From contig NC_068986.1 of assembly GCF_001194135.2 (NCBI RefSeq), positions 73,670,292 to 73,724,185 of the forward strand: a stretch of 53,894 nt of DNA, read 5' to 3'. Made by a program: the position numbers and the translations under genes. The notes under the pieces were generated by a model. That model was not told the DNA's origin. It worked only from the letters and a program-made list of their open reading frames with translations, and ran no database searches. The stretch is from Octopus bimaculoides. Lineage: Eukaryota. Shown here piece by piece: positions 36,640 through 50,192 of the stretch; position 1 is the stretch's first letter, and each line of letters begins with the position of its first letter.

Positions 36640-36970
36640 TTGGCTCACGGGGAAGCAGTATCCTGGTGACATCTTTGAGTAGTTAATGATATCAGTAAAA
36701 TCTGTCATACTGGCATAGCACAAATGACATTTTCTATCACAATGTGGAAATTTCAAGGCATCCCAATCTCCCTTGTTGATCAGATATCTAGCAGCTATCT
36801 TCTATTCTTCAATTCAACACTTCTCACCTGGAAAGCATAGACTTCTAGGTGAGATGTGATGTATCTGTCATACATCCAGAAGGGGCTACTATTCACGCCA
36901 ATGTTGGTATTCTCACATTCTCCCTTGTTGATCAGATATTTAGTAGCTATTTACTAATCTTGGACTCAGC
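36640..36970 (-). mobile_element. CR1-like LINE fragment (endonuclease-RT linker) with a 45-bp internal duplication
   Basis: Fragments TSHLEVYA, INKGDWDALK and FTDIIN. ctcccttgttgatcagatat is repeated at about 36768 and about 36920. Confidence 0.45.
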
Positions 36971-36979
36971 ACTTTATTT

Positions 36980-37222
36980 ATCTTTTACAGGGGTTTCAGT
37001 CATTGGACTGTGGCCATGCTGGCACCACCTTGAAGAGTTTAGTCAAACAAATTGATCCTAGTTCTCATCTTGTTTTTTAAATCTGGTACTTCTAGAGGTC
37101 TCTTTTCCCAAGCTGCACAATTACGGGAACATAAACAAACCAACACCAGTTGTTAAACGATGGTGGAGGACAAACACAACACAAGCCCAAAGATACCCAC
37201 AAAGATATATATGTACACGCAT

Positions 37223-37281
<59 letters not shown>

Positions 37282-37390
37282 ATGGGCTTCTTTCAGTTTC
37301 CGTCTTTTTGTAGAAGACACTTGTCCAAGGTGCCACACAGTAGGACTGAACCCCAAATTATATGGTTGGGAGGCAAGCTTTTTACCCACC
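36980..37390 (-). mobile_element. SINE family A with internal (CA)n
   Basis: Reverse complement of the A consensus. Confidence 0.88.
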
Positions 37391-38089
37391 AACATTTTCC
37401 TCTACTTTTTCACATAAAGAATTTCTTGTAGAGAAGATACAAAAGGTCAGTAAACCAGTGAAATTTGGAGGAAAATACCATTCTAATGTTCTGTAGAATA
37501 TGTTAGCTTGCTCAATAAGATTTACTCTTATCCATGTTGACAGTATTATCAACAGAACGAATTTCTGATTCATATGTTTCCCCCTTCATATAAGAAATTG
37601 ATCAGGTTTGCAGGATTCCATCAACATATTTACTGTTTTTGTCCATTTGCTGTTTAATCTAGATCTTCGTTTGGTCTGCTGTAGCACATTTCAGCTTTCC
37701 AGAGCTTACCTCTAGCTTATTTCTCACCATCTACCGATTTAATCCACTTATTATTGGCTACTAATCCATTCTAAGCCACTTAACCACTGACCATATTTCT
37801 ATGTGGTGCCTTTTCTCTTCTAACAAAGAATAGGAAATTTTTATCATATTTATTGACTTCAGTTACAATGGAAAGGTTACAAACCCTTCTATGTATCAGC
37901 AAACCATGTACACTTGTTGCCATTCTGGCATATAACTGGCTACCTAGAAATAGCTAAAACAAAAAAAGACACTGGCTGTAATCACTGGATGATGTAGTCC
38001 AAGATGCATTGTGCTTGAAAAACATAAAAAGAAAAAAAACTGACAAGATGGTCATGACTGAAATGCATTTGATCTATTGATCTGCATGA

Positions 38090-39320
38090 TTAGAGATGGA
38101 ACTGAGATTCAACAACATTCATTTTGAAAACTGCTACTGCTGCTGCTGCTACTAATACAACTACTACTACTACAACCACCACCACCACCACTTCCCCTAC
38201 CATCACACCAGAACACCCACATACAGCACCCCCATCACAGCACCCCCACCATGGCACCCTCATCACCTCACTATACCACACTGACCCCATCATCATCCCA
38301 CCACCATATCCTTCTTCCACCTTGATCCCCTGTGTCACACTTAGCAACCTCTTTCTGTAACACTCTAGTTCCGTATTATTATAAAGGCCAGTTTCATTCA
38401 CCAGTGACAATAATTTCCTCTCTTCTCCGGTCTCTTTCTCTTGCCTCAACAACTGTAAACAAGTAGCTGCGGATAAGGTCATGTCTTATACTACCATCAT
38501 TTTCCTTTGCATGTCACCACCATACCACCACCTTCCTCTATTAATGCCATCACTACAACCTTGCCCCTCCATCACTGCCCAGCAACACCATCACTAACAC
38601 CATCACTATATCATCATTATATTATCATTATCACCATAATCACACTCATTTCACTGTCTTTACTACCACCACCACCCTATCATCAGTTTTGGCACCACCA
38701 CCACCACCACCACTGCTATCATTACCACCTCCATTATTGCCAAAACTACCATACTACTTTCACTTTCTCATAAATAACGAAGTCATAATGATACAACAAC
38801 AACAACAACAATGTCAAAAATGTGAAGAACTAAGTTTCCAGTGCCTTCGTCTCTTAGAACTCTTCTTCTGCAATAAATTGGTTTGAATGATTCTGGAGAA
38901 TTCTTTCAAAACTTTGCCTTTTTTTAAAGAAAGAAATTCTGTAAGGATGAAATGGTTGGTGTTGGAGGTGGCGATATCATCCAAAATCATTTTATCTTAT
39001 TGACTGCAAAGACAAGATGGCACCAGCAGATTGTTAAGGCTCTAATCTCAGACATTCTGTCTAGAATATCAGTCATACCATTTTGCATTAATGATACCAT
39101 TTTTTGATTCATTCGATTGAAAACAATCTTACAGATTTCACTTTTAGCTTTCAGACACTCTTTCACCTCTTTCTTGTTTTCTTTATTTTTAGGTGGTGGT
39201 GGTGGTGGTGAGGGTGAAGAGAGGGTACTGGTTTGTTTGATTTGTGTAATAAACAACAACAGCAGCAACAGCAATGGCAAATATTTGAACAAAAGACAAA
39301 CAAAATAATGTAACGCTGTC
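38090..39320. repeat. Low-complexity (ACC/CAT/CAA/CTA)n region
   Basis: Directly visible. Explains the poly-T, poly-H and poly-P ORFs. Confidence 0.9.
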
Positions 39321-40399
39321 ATAATTTTTAGTCAGCCATGCACTGATTTATTTTTGCAAATTTTTGTCATCAATACTACAATTTTTGTTATTGTAATTCT
39401 TAGTTTTGATAATTAACATATATAAGGAATCTATCAGACAATTAAATGCTGTCACAACAGCAACAGCAATGACAACCATATTAAATACATATTAATTACA
39501 TTCTCTTGCAATGTTTGCTGATACCATGGTTACAATAACAACAACAAATATTCAAAGAAATTGTTTTTTCTTTTTTGCTTTTGTTTTTTTTAATAGAGAC
39601 AAAACAGAATGATACCATTTATTTATTTTGAGATTGTTTTCCAAGAATTTCGCCACCCAGGTTTTGGTTCTGATTTATTATTTTTACTGAATAGTTTGAG
39701 AATTACTGTTAGAGATTTGAAATAAATCAAAGAATTAAGATTATCATCAGATCACAGTTAAAGATATTGGTGTACACCATTGCAGTTTTTAGTTTTTTAG
39801 TTTTGTTTTACATATTTATATTTTACTATTTGAATATTCCTGCTGAAAGCAACTGATAAATCTTACACTACTTTTATTTTGACTTTTTTATTTTTATTTA
39901 TTTTTCCTCCTCTCTGCTGATTGTGAATCACTCTTATCTAAAGACATAGCTTATGTAATCTAACTTGACAATGTTCTCTTACTACATTAAACACCACAGA
40001 TATAATAGAAAAGTTGGTTTATTGACTCATCACATTCTCATTCATGTAGAGCTGTTTTCTAGTTTCAAGGAGTCAAAATTGCGGCTTAAATTTCACCCAC
40101 CCCTACCATCAAAAGCACCACCATCAGCTTCATCAGAGTTGGCACTAGGAAGAGCAGGGCCCAATTAGAGAATTGTCAGTTGGGCCCTCTACTTTACAAA
40201 AGCTGAAGATTGATGTTTCATGCTTCATGTAGTACACCAGTCTCAGCCAAAAAGCATTGAGAGCTTGAGACTCCATCATTAACCACAATGATATACTAAA
40301 AATTCATCATAGTATCCTCTGCTTGAGCATATGTGAGGGGCTCTCTCTCTTAGTGCAGGGCCCAATTTAAACAAATTTAATTGGCTTAAAACTGGCCTT

Positions 40400-41000
40400 G
40401 ATCATCATCATCATCATCGTTACCATCATTATTATCGTTTTAGCACCCATTTTCCCATATTCATAGAGTTGAATGAAATTTGTTGAGGTAGACTCTCTGT
40501 AGCTGGATGCCCCTTCTGTATGTAGCCAATCCTCACCTGTTTTCAAGTAAGCTAATATTTCCCCATAGTATAGGCAGTTGGCTTAGTGGTTAGGGTATTC
40601 AGCTCACGATTGTAAGGTCATGGGTTCAATTCAGTTCTTAGTGGTGCATTTTGCCCTTGAGCAAAACACTTTATTTCATTTTTGCTCCAATCTACTCAGC
40701 TGGTAAAAATGAGCAGTATCTGTATTTCAAAGGGCCAGTCTCATCATATTCTGTGTCATGCTGAATCTCTTTGAGAACTACATTTAGGGTGCATGTATCT
40801 GTGGAGTGCTCAGTCACTTGCATGTTAATTCTATGAGCAGGCTATTCTGTTGATAGGATCAACTGGAACTCTTGTCATTGTAACCAGCAGAGAACCAGTT
40901 ATTTCTCCATGACCAGACATGTTTTCATGGAAGATTGGAGACAAAGAATATGATTTGCATAATGGTGACTTCTTTACATTTATCACATGATGTCAAGGCT
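40400..41000 (-). mobile_element. Family C variant split by a SINE D (40568-40898, +)
   Basis: Degenerate TSD tatttccccata (40556) and tatttctccatg (40900) around the D copy. Confidence 0.8.
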
Positions 41001-41010
41001 AGGAAACAGC

Positions 41011-41044
<34 letters not shown>

Positions 41045-42014
41045 TATATATATATGAAGTTACTGTCTACTGAATTCCCTCACAGCCTGGGCCTATAGTA
41101 GAAGATGCTTGCCCAAAGTAACACACATTGGGACTGAACCCAGAACTAATTGGCAAACTTCTTCCTGTGCCTGTTTAAATTTACTTTATATAATCTGGAA
41201 TCCCTTTTAATTTTAACTTATATAATCTCTAACCCATACAACATTTTGTTGGCTTACTAAAGTAAACAGTCACATGTACAGCAAGCATATATCTGACTTA
41301 TCTCATATGTGTGATAATTATTTCATTGTTTATGACTGAATATATTTTAAAAAAGAAGGGGAGGAGCCAATTTGACTTTGATGTGAAAATAAATTAGTTT
41401 TATGACAGTTCTGCTTTAACCAAAGTTTTCTAAGAATTGCTTCATAATTCAGAATCAAAACCAACTTGTCAACTCAGCTCACTGGGGACTCACTATCAAT
41501 TCTATAATACCTGCCTTGACTATATCTTACTTAAATATCAAAACAACTTGTGTACAACTACGCTTGAGGAAGGACATTTATACAGTAATTATCTTCTGGT
41601 CTCTGCCTATCACCTTTGTTGTTTTATTACCTTTCAATCTTCTTCAGACACCTATCTTCCTCTTTATTTCTCATTCTTTCTCTCATCACTTTTACTCTTG
41701 TGTTATTCTCTCTCTTTCTCTCTATCTCTTTCCATAATCTCTTGGTTTTATTCCTCTATTTCTATATACTGAATCTTGTTTTTTTTTTTGGTAATTCTCT
41801 GTCCCTTTTTCATTCCTTGACTCATTTCTTGAAGAAATAGCTATTAGCATATATATGGTTAACCAATATATTGATGCTTTACTCAATTCCAGTAGCGTTA
41901 CTAGTTTCACAGCTAAGGATGTCTGTCAAAATATTCTGTCAAGGTCTTTGAATTGACCTGGCATCTCAGACTAAGCAGATGATTTCTACATCTTTATGTG
42001 TTTCAAAATCTCTG

Positions 42015-42430
42015 TCTATCTTTTATTTTTTACTTCTTCCATTCATTGCCCGCGGCTATGTTGGGGCCACCACCTTGAAGTGTTTAGTCAAACAAATCAA
42101 TCGCAGTACTTTTTTTTTCCTCAAATCTGGTACTGTTGGTATCCTTTGCTGAATTACTAATTCATGAGGATGTAAACAAACCAACTCCAGTTGTTAAGCA
42201 GCGATGGTCGATAAAGACAAAATACAAAGACACACGCACACACACACACACACGCACACGCGTGCGTGTGCGCACAGGCTTTTTGCCATTTTCATCTACC
42301 AGATTCACTCACAACACTTTGATTGGACTAAGGCTATAGTGGAAGACACTTGTACAAGGTGATACAGAGTAGGATTGAACTAGAACCATGTGGTTGAGAA
42401 GCAAACTTCTTATAACACAGCCATACTTGT
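42015..42430 (-). mobile_element. SINE family A
   Basis: Reverse complement of the A consensus. Confidence 0.88.
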
Positions 42431-42534
42431 GCCCATTTGTATTTTTTTTTTGTTTTTTGTTTTTTGTTTCTTTTTATACATCAAAAAACACATTTAAATG
42501 TTTACATAGCTTGTGTTCTTCTATGAATTCGGTA

Positions 42535-43090
42535 CATCATTATCATCACGATCATTAAAAGTCTGTTTTCAATGCTGGCATGAATTGGATGGTTTGATCA
42601 GAGCTGACAAGATGGGGAGCCTCACCAAGTCCCAATCTGATTTGGCTTGGTTTCTATGGCTGGATGCCCTTCCTAATACTAACCACTTTACAGGGTGTGC
42701 TGGGTGGTTTTAACATGTTAACATGGTCCTGGCACAAGTGCTATTTATGTAGCACTAGCTCAGGTGCTTTAACTCTTTTGTTACCATATTTCTGTTGAGA
42801 TGCTCTGTTTTTTTTTTTGTTTTTTTTTTCAGTTAATTTTAAATATAACAAAGAATTTAGTAAAATAAGTTAGAACATAAATTGCGACTAAGTTTTGGTG
42901 GAAAATCTTAATTCAGAAATTTTGAAAACAAGACATTTGTACTACAGAGCCAGAAGCATTTTCAGCCAGGTTGGTATCAAAAGGGTTAAACACAGTACCA
43001 GCACAGATACTGGTATGAGTGCCTGTTACATGGCACTAGCACAAGAGCTGTCTCTGTCGCACCAACACAGATGCTTTTTACATTCCACTG
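42535..43090 (-). mobile_element. Family C copy interrupted by a MITE
   Basis: catcattatcatcacgatcattaaaagtc...gctggatgcccttcctaatactaaccact...ggcactagcac. Confidence 0.75.
42773..42985. mobile_element. piggyBac-like MITE (second family)
   Basis: TTAA|CTCTTTTGTTACCA ... TGGTATCAAAAGGG|TTAA. Confidence 0.85.
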
Positions 43091-43406
43091 GCACATGGTG
43101 TTCTTGAATGACATGACTGTTATATATCAAAGATTTACTATTACTCAACTTGTTTCCATGTTCATGACTCCTCTTCATATGTTTTTACTCTCATATAATT
43201 TGAAACCAATTGCTGCTGAATCTTACTACTTGTTTTTACCATTCAATGAAATATTGGTTGAAAATTAAACATCTTGATAATGATATTATTGAACCCTCAG
43301 TTCCTTTATAACTAGTGCAAGTGGTTGTAGTGGGAAACACTGACTTATAACATCTTATCAAATACTCACAAGGGATCAACTTATACACTTCTTAACACTG
43401 AAGATC

Positions 43407-43625
43407 TCAGTAAGGCGGCGAGCTGGCAGAATCGTTAGCACACCAGGCAAAATCCTTCACAGTATTTCCTTCATCTTTATACTCTGAGTATTCTGATAAA
43501 ATCAACTCTAGTTTTTATCCTTTTGGGGTTGATAAAATAAGTATCAGTTGAGCACTGGGGTTGATGTAATCAACTTTCCCCCTCACATCAAACTTGCTGG
43601 ACTTGTGTCAAAATTTGAAACTAGT
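43407..43625 (+). mobile_element. SINE family B variant
   Basis: taaggcggcgagctggcagaatcgttagcac...gtgtcaaaatttgaaactagtatt. Confidence 0.85.
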
Positions 43626-43799
43626 ATTGAAGATCTTGGGCTCAGTTTCCTACAATAAATTCTACTGGCAAAAAACAAAAAATGTGTGTGTGGGGGGGGA
43701 TCTGATAACAACATACTATCAGGTTCCACTCCCCAATCATGATAAACTGCATTTCAAGCTGATAGAGACTTACTTCAGTTTACAAAATTGCCTTTGGTG

Positions 43800-45250
43800 T
43801 GTCTAAAGCAATGATGATTGCGTAGTTAGAGTGATGGATTGTATAATTTACGCACAAGGATATCAAAGGTGTTTGTGTGTATTCAGATGATGTCATTGTT
43901 AGCAAAACTATTGAGGAGTTATGATAGTGACTTCGTTCAATTATCTTCAGTTACTAAGAAACCCAACATTACGTTATACAATGACCAATCTCTTCACCGA
44001 TAAATATCCATTTGTTACCTAGGATACAAAATCAAAAATAATTATCTGCACCCTAACCAGAAAAATTGAAAAAACCTCATTAATTACTCAATGCCTAGCA
44101 ATGCACACTGATGAAGTGGAGATCTCATTGATATTTTAGAAGAAAAACCAAGGAATCATAAAATTCTTTGTTGGCACATTGAATTTCTACTTGACAACAA
44201 CTACTAGTTTCTTCATAATTAAATGGGTCTCTCTTATATCGGAACTCATTCAACTGCCACTAAATTCCTAAATGCTATTTATCTGTTTGAAACTTCAGTA
44301 GTCAATACCTCTCTGTCATCTATCTTACTTGAAGTTCCATTACATGTCAAAATTAATGCTTCAGGAACAGCAATCTTGGGGATCCTTTTACAGTGTAATA
44401 AAACTGTTCCTTGTTTTTCTCCAGAATTCTTTTTCGTCCTGTACCAAATCTCTCATCAATTGAAAGGAAGCTATGGCTATCATAGAAAGTGTTAGCAAAT
44501 GGTGAACACTTTTACTTTGAAGCTTTTTACATGACATTCTCATCAACAAGTGATCTTATTCATATTTAGTCATTAATGTAGTGAAAAAAAACAAACAAAC
44601 AAGGAAGAAAATTCTTAGTTGGCATGTAGACTTATTGTTCTACAATTATGCCGTCTGACACATTATAGCTGTTATTGATAATCTTACCAAATACTCCACT
44701 ATAACATTTTCTGGAATCATAGATTTATATAATGTTTTATGTCATCCTGATATGACTAGAGCATTGGCCCTCTAGAATTTTCTCGTGCTTATGTATTTCC
44801 TACAGAGGTTGATCCAACAGGTTAAGCACAACAATGATATCATTAGTCCCACTTTTCTCGGGGGCTAGAGATTGCAAATGTCACGAACACTGCCCTTCCT
44901 TGAGACTCAACGAGTAAATAAATAGAATATTCAGAGTCAAACTAACGTTATCTCAACTGAAGATATTGTTCCATCTGGAAGGCTAGGGTCCACAGGAAGA
45001 GGGTCAAATTCTAGTTCTACTAAAGAATGTTCCATTGATGATTGTCATACTGACATGCAAAGAATTTGGACCAAGCAATCTCTGGGTCCCATTAGGAATA
45101 TTCTGTTGGTGATTGCCAGTGGATTGCCAGGAAGTGGCTCTCAATATGCATATGAGCAGGAGCTGTCTGATATCCCAGAAAGACTCACTCGTTAAAGTCC
45201 TGGTGAATGCAGTGAAATCATTATTATTACTTCTGATCCAGGAGTTTCCT
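43800..45250 (+). mobile_element. Ty3/Gypsy pol remnant (RT, RNase H, start of integrase)
   Basis: RVMDCII, DDVIV, ICYLGYKI, PLHVKINASGTAILGILLQ (cf. TDASxxAIGAVLxQ), EAMAIIESV..W, LCHP.MTR. Degraded. Confidence 0.78.
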
Positions 45251-45605
45251 GATTACAGTGTCAACAAATACTAGGTGTAACATTAGGCATGTATATACTT
45301 GTGTCTCAAATGCTGAAACTGTCTGCCTGAGCTAAATGAAACAAGTTGATTTCTCAGTAATTTTTAATACAGTGATTATTTCATTGATTATTCTGTTGAT
45401 CGGTTGTAAGCAACAACATTATTTTGTTGATCATTTGTGATGTAAATTAAAAGGACAGTTATGTAGTGTGTGTGTCAAAGAGAAAGAGAATGGGTAGGAG
45501 AGAATTTTAGAAATGATTTGAACCAAAGATTCTATTACAGATGCATAGTCTTCTAGTTATATTGTGTATGAACTTGTCTTACTAATTAACCTTGTAAAGA
45601 TATCC

Positions 45606-45640
45606 ATTCCTCCTCCTCCTCCTCCTCCTCCTCCTCCTCC

Positions 45641-45684
<44 letters not shown>

Positions 45685-45790
45685 GTCGTCATCATCAACT
45701 GGTAAGCTAGAGAGCTGCACCAGATTCCAGTCTGATCTGCCATGGTTTCTATGGCTGGATGCCCTTCCTAATGCCAACCACTCTAAGAAT
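45606..45790 (-). mobile_element. (TCC)n(TCA)n tail plus family C fragment
   Basis: ggctggatgcccttcctaatgccaaccactc is present. Confidence 0.8.
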
Positions 45791-46459
45791 GGTTATATAC
45801 TTTAAAACGTTTTACATGGTGTGGTGTGTGTGTTTTGTAATGTCAGTGTACATTATTTGTGTCTTCATTAATTGTATACACATGTTAATTTATTTAGAAA
45901 TTTCTCTACAAACACACTTTGTCAGTACTTAATTTAATTCATGGTTATAAATGGTACTGATATGCAAATGAGCAAAATCAGTGTTGATCATATTCACAGT
46001 TGTTGTAAATTACTTCATTTCTCTTTTTGCTGATTGGATGTACTAAATATTCCTGATGAATTGATAATAATCATCAGAAACAATCATGTTTGTTCTTCAC
46101 TGCATTCAGCATGCATAGAAAGCCTTGTAATTTAATGGCTCTTGCAATAACTGTCTTGTTTTACAGACACATGCATATGTGTGTGTGTGCATATGTTTTT
46201 TGTGTATTTGTGTGTGTGTGTGCATATGAATGCGTGTTGATGTGTGTGTTTGTGCATATGTGTGTGTGTGTGTGCATATTGTGTGTGTGTGTGTTGTCAT
46301 GTTGAAATTTTGTATTATCTGTGCTTTGTGTTGAGTGCATTTTTCTTTACTCAAAGACTATATTCAGTACCACATTTCATCGAGTACCTACCACATCAAA
46401 ACAAAAGCTCTGAGTCTATTCTTTACCTGGAAAGAGATAATAAAGCAAAGATAGGAAAA

Positions 46460-48260
46460 ATTTTATAGGTAGCTCTGCATGGATTCTGAATGCTTCTGAA
46501 AGCAGTCTGGATTACACAATGCAAGAATTTGAGGTGAATTTTCCAGGTCTGATAAAAAAACTGCAGAAAAATTTAGAACAGAATTTCAAAAGCTTTACCT
46601 AAGAAGAAAGATATGATGATGACAGACAAGTCTTCAGTATAGATGAGACTGCTTTATTGTGGAAGCATTCAGTCACAAAGACTTTCATTGCTAAAGAAGA
46701 AGAAGAAAGTAAAAACTGCTTCTGGCTATAAAATGTTAAAAGACAGAATCACACTGAATTGTAAACAATCACCTTGAATTCTTACTTTGTACAGTCTAAA
46801 CTGCTTTTTGAGGCATTTAAAACACCCAGAGCAACATGATAGGAATTGCTGATGGTAATTTCAAACTAAAACCAATGGTAATGAATCATATACAAAAATC
46901 CAACCTCATTCAGAGGCTACAAGTAACAAAGAATATCAGTCATTTAGCATTCAAGTGAAAAAGTGTGGGTTGAAGAAGTTCTTTGTCAAAGATTTACCCT
47001 GTTGGGTAAATCTTTGACAATCAAATCTTTGTAATCAAAATAATCTAATTTCAATAATCTAGCTTGCTTCTGGATAATCTTTGCCTCTCTAGAATGGACT
47101 AGGTAGAGCAGGAGAAAACATGTGGATGAAAAGGGTCACTGAAGAGGTCACAAACGTGTGATGAAAGATTTCCAGACAATGGACATAAGATAGAATAAGA
47201 ACAATAATAAGTGAGTAAAGAACAAAAAGAAAAAAATATGTTCCAACATATAGGTGCAGGAGTGGCTGTGTGGTAAGTAGCTTGCTTACCGACCACATGG
47301 TTCCAGGTTCAGTCCCACTGCATGACACCTTGGGCAAGTGTCTTCTACTATAGCCTCGGGCTGACCAAAGCCTTGTGAATGAATTTGGTAGACGGAAACT
47401 GAAAGAAGCCTGTCGTATATATGTAAATATATATGTGTGTGTGTGTGTGTTTGTGTGTCTGTGTTTATCCCCCCACCATCGCTTGACAACCGATGCTGGT
47501 GTGTTTACGTCCACGTAACTTAGTGGTTTGGCAAAAAGGGACCAATAGAATAAGTACTAGGTTTACAAAGAATAAGTCCTGGGGTCGATTTGCTCGACTA
47601 AAGGCGGTGCTCCAGCATGGCCACAGTCAAATGACTGAAACAAGTAAAAGAGTAAAGAGTATATGATTTCACATCAGGAATATTGCAAAACAAATTCCTA
47701 AACGTATCTTTTGGATAATCGTTCTAGACATAATCCTGCTATAAGTGACTTGTGTAAAATTGTGTGAAGATTGTTTTTACTCCTTAATGCAATATCTACT
47801 TGGCAACCTATAAGTTCAGGATAATAGCAAAGTTCAAAACCAATTATGTGAAGATCACATCTGAATAAGCAATACAGGCTAATATGAGTGATAATTAGGC
47901 TTCAATGGCTGAGTTCTGGAGAAAATTCAAGCGTTTAAAATGTAATTAAAAGCATTTGAGAGTCTTGGCATTGAGTGATGTCAAATAACATGAGAGCTGT
48001 TTGAAACAAACCTTTGCTGCATTGTGTGAATGATTTGCCAGAATTTAGTCAAGAAATAGCTGCAATTATTGATAAGATTACTACCCTTGCAGATGAATTA
48101 GACTTCGATGAAATAGATTTGACAAATGCATAAGATTTATTGGATTTGCATCGTGAAGAGGTGAGTGATACTAGTCTCATCAGCTTTCATGAACAGTATG
48201 CAGACAAATGCAAAGTTGAATGTACAGAGGGAGAAATTGCAGCAAAAGAGAAATGAGAGT
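46460..48260 (+). mobile_element. Tigger/pogo (CENP-B-like) transposase remnant, split by a SINE A
   Basis: FIGSS.W, ADKKTAEKF, RQVFSIDETALLWK, KTFIAKEE, KDRITL, then KIVF.L.N.....QP, FWRKF, IIDKITTLADELDFDEID. Confidence 0.8.
47250..47660 (+). mobile_element. SINE family A, well-preserved full copy
   Basis: All modules present. Confidence 0.95.
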
Positions 48261-48427
48261 AGACTAGAACAACATGAAATGGAACACCTTGCTCAAGGGA
48301 ACAATGTGCTGGCTGGGGCAGGAATTGAACCCATGACATTATGATCATGAGGTAAACACCCTAACCGCTGGGCAAGGTATTCCATTTCATGTTGCTCCAG
48401 TCTACTTTCAAATTTATATCTCGAAAT

Positions 48428-48495
48428 GCTGCACTGAAGATGAGAAATAAGTAAGTAAATATAACTTTACTTTAATCTCGAAACGCGTGTGTAGC
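48428..48495 (+). ncRNA. Type I minimal hammerhead ribozyme fold (Penelope-like element type) with non-canonical GUG cleavage triplet
   Basis: Stem I GCUGCA/UGUAGC, core CUGAAGA plus an extra U, stem II GAGA/UCUC, GAAA, palindromic mini stem III ACGCGU, then G at position 17. Confidence 0.7.
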
Positions 48496-48765
48496 TAATC
48501 TGAGTCATGTGGATTCATTATTATTTCTCTTTGTCTACATAAAAAAGTGTGTTACTATCTGGGAGATCTTTATGGTAGCAGAAAAGGCATTTTAACTCCT
48601 ATTTCTAAATTCGGTGCGTGGTGAAGCAATTAGCTGACCCCTGATTATAATTATGTTTATAATTAGAGAATATTTGTATAATTTTACTTAAAAAGGTTAT
48701 TTTAACGTACCAAAGTACTTGGTAAAATTATTAATTATTAATTAACGAATTGACTAATTTTACCG

Positions 48766-48826
<61 letters not shown>

Positions 48827-48834
48827 ATTATTAT

Positions 48835-49250
48835 ATATATATAAATAAAACACAGGATGTGTGTATGTCTGTGTGTTTGTCATGTCATTATAACTTGAGA
48901 TCCACCCAACCGATTTTAATGAAATTTTACACATACATTACATAGGGTCCATGGAGTGTCATGGGCCCAAAGAAATTTCAACTTCTTGCCTAATGTGGGC
49001 TCATGGGCAGATAACCTGCATTTTTAAAGCTTTTTCACAGTATTAAAGCCCATAACTTGAAGGGTATCCAGCCACTTGCCTCCAAATTTGCAACAAATAT
49101 TAATCAGGCTCCTCGAATTGTTGTTGACTAAAAAAAATTTCTGACGCCGACTATGGGCCCCACAAAATGCAGATTAATTAGATTTGAGTATACTGCACTG
49201 GTTTTTATCTTTGTCTTAGACCATCTTCCGCTGGTAAAATATGCACACTA
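48835..49250 (+). mobile_element. Helitron-like non-autonomous element (5' half recognisable)
   Basis: tatatataaataaaa, gtgtgtatgtctgtgtgtttgtc and ccaaccgattttaatgaaattttacaca motifs. No clear hairpin-CTAG end. Confidence 0.4.
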
Positions 49251-49387
49251 CTAATGCATTATAAGTAGCATATAATATTTCATGGAAACCTTTTCGTTCA
49301 ATGTGGCAGAGGAAATGAGAAGAACATTAAAAGTTTTGTCAGCCGCCTGTTGATGTTTCATGATACCATCCTGCACACCACCGAACC

Positions 49388-49418
<31 letters not shown>

Positions 49419-49705
49419 ACTGGGTAAAGGCACAACAAGCCCATTCATCCATTCTCTAGAAGTGTCCTGTTTCACATTTTCAATCCTGTGCAACACAACA
49501 TGGCCCAGCAGCATGTCTGCTTTCTATGTCATCCATGTGTGAACTATATAATGCAAAAAGTTCATACAAAAATAAACAAACTGCTGTCGTGACTCACAGC
49601 CATTTGAGTTTGACCACATTATCACTTCCGGAAGCTACACTCGCCATCTGCAATTAGTCCATCCCCACCTGTATTCCCTCCCTCATTTACTCAGATGAGA
49701 AAATA

Positions 49706-50192
49706 CAGGGTGTTCCAGAATTAATGATGATTTGAGTGAAATTGGATGCATTTTTTATAAAAAAAACTCACTTTTATTTATGTTTATCATGTTTAATATG
49801 TTAAAAATGTATAAATTTTGAATTTTGTTTACAATTTTATTTTCATTTCTGTTGGACCCTTCTTATTTGTCTATGACAGTTTTTATCAATTTGGCAGCAA
49901 TAATTTTCTTTACCTCCATCCCCAAGATGGAGCAATCATCTAGCTGAGCTTAAAGAATACATTCAGTTAGCAGTGCATGAACTAACTCCTGAAATGCTTC
50001 AAAATGTGTTTCACAATGCTAAGTTGAGATTTGAAGTATGCAGGGATACAGACATGTTGAAAAATTTCAATAAAAGTTTAACATAAGATTTACAAATCTA
50101 TTTGTTTTGGTAATAGACATAAAATTCTGTCAGTTTTTTTTAAAAATTTGCTCAATTTCATTGAAACAGTTAATTAATTCTGGGACACTCTG
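49706..50192 (+). mobile_element. Internally deleted Tc1/mariner element with TIRs
   Basis: TA|CAGGGTGTTCCAGAATTAAT ... ATTAATTCTGGGACACTCTG. Carries the transposase C-terminus LAELKEYIQLAVHELTPEMLQNVFHNAKLRFEVC. Confidence 0.8.

Noticed and set aside
40133-40400. hAT-like MITE (cagggcc...ggccttg)
   Set aside because: The termini and 8-bp TSD are too degenerate to call.
46053-46095. CTGATGA...GAAAC...GTT hammerhead-like string
   Set aside because: CTGATGA pairs with TCATCAG, and stem I cannot form.
47137-47175. CTGAAGA-stem-GAAA hammerhead-like string
   Set aside because: No stem III/UH or stem I partner.
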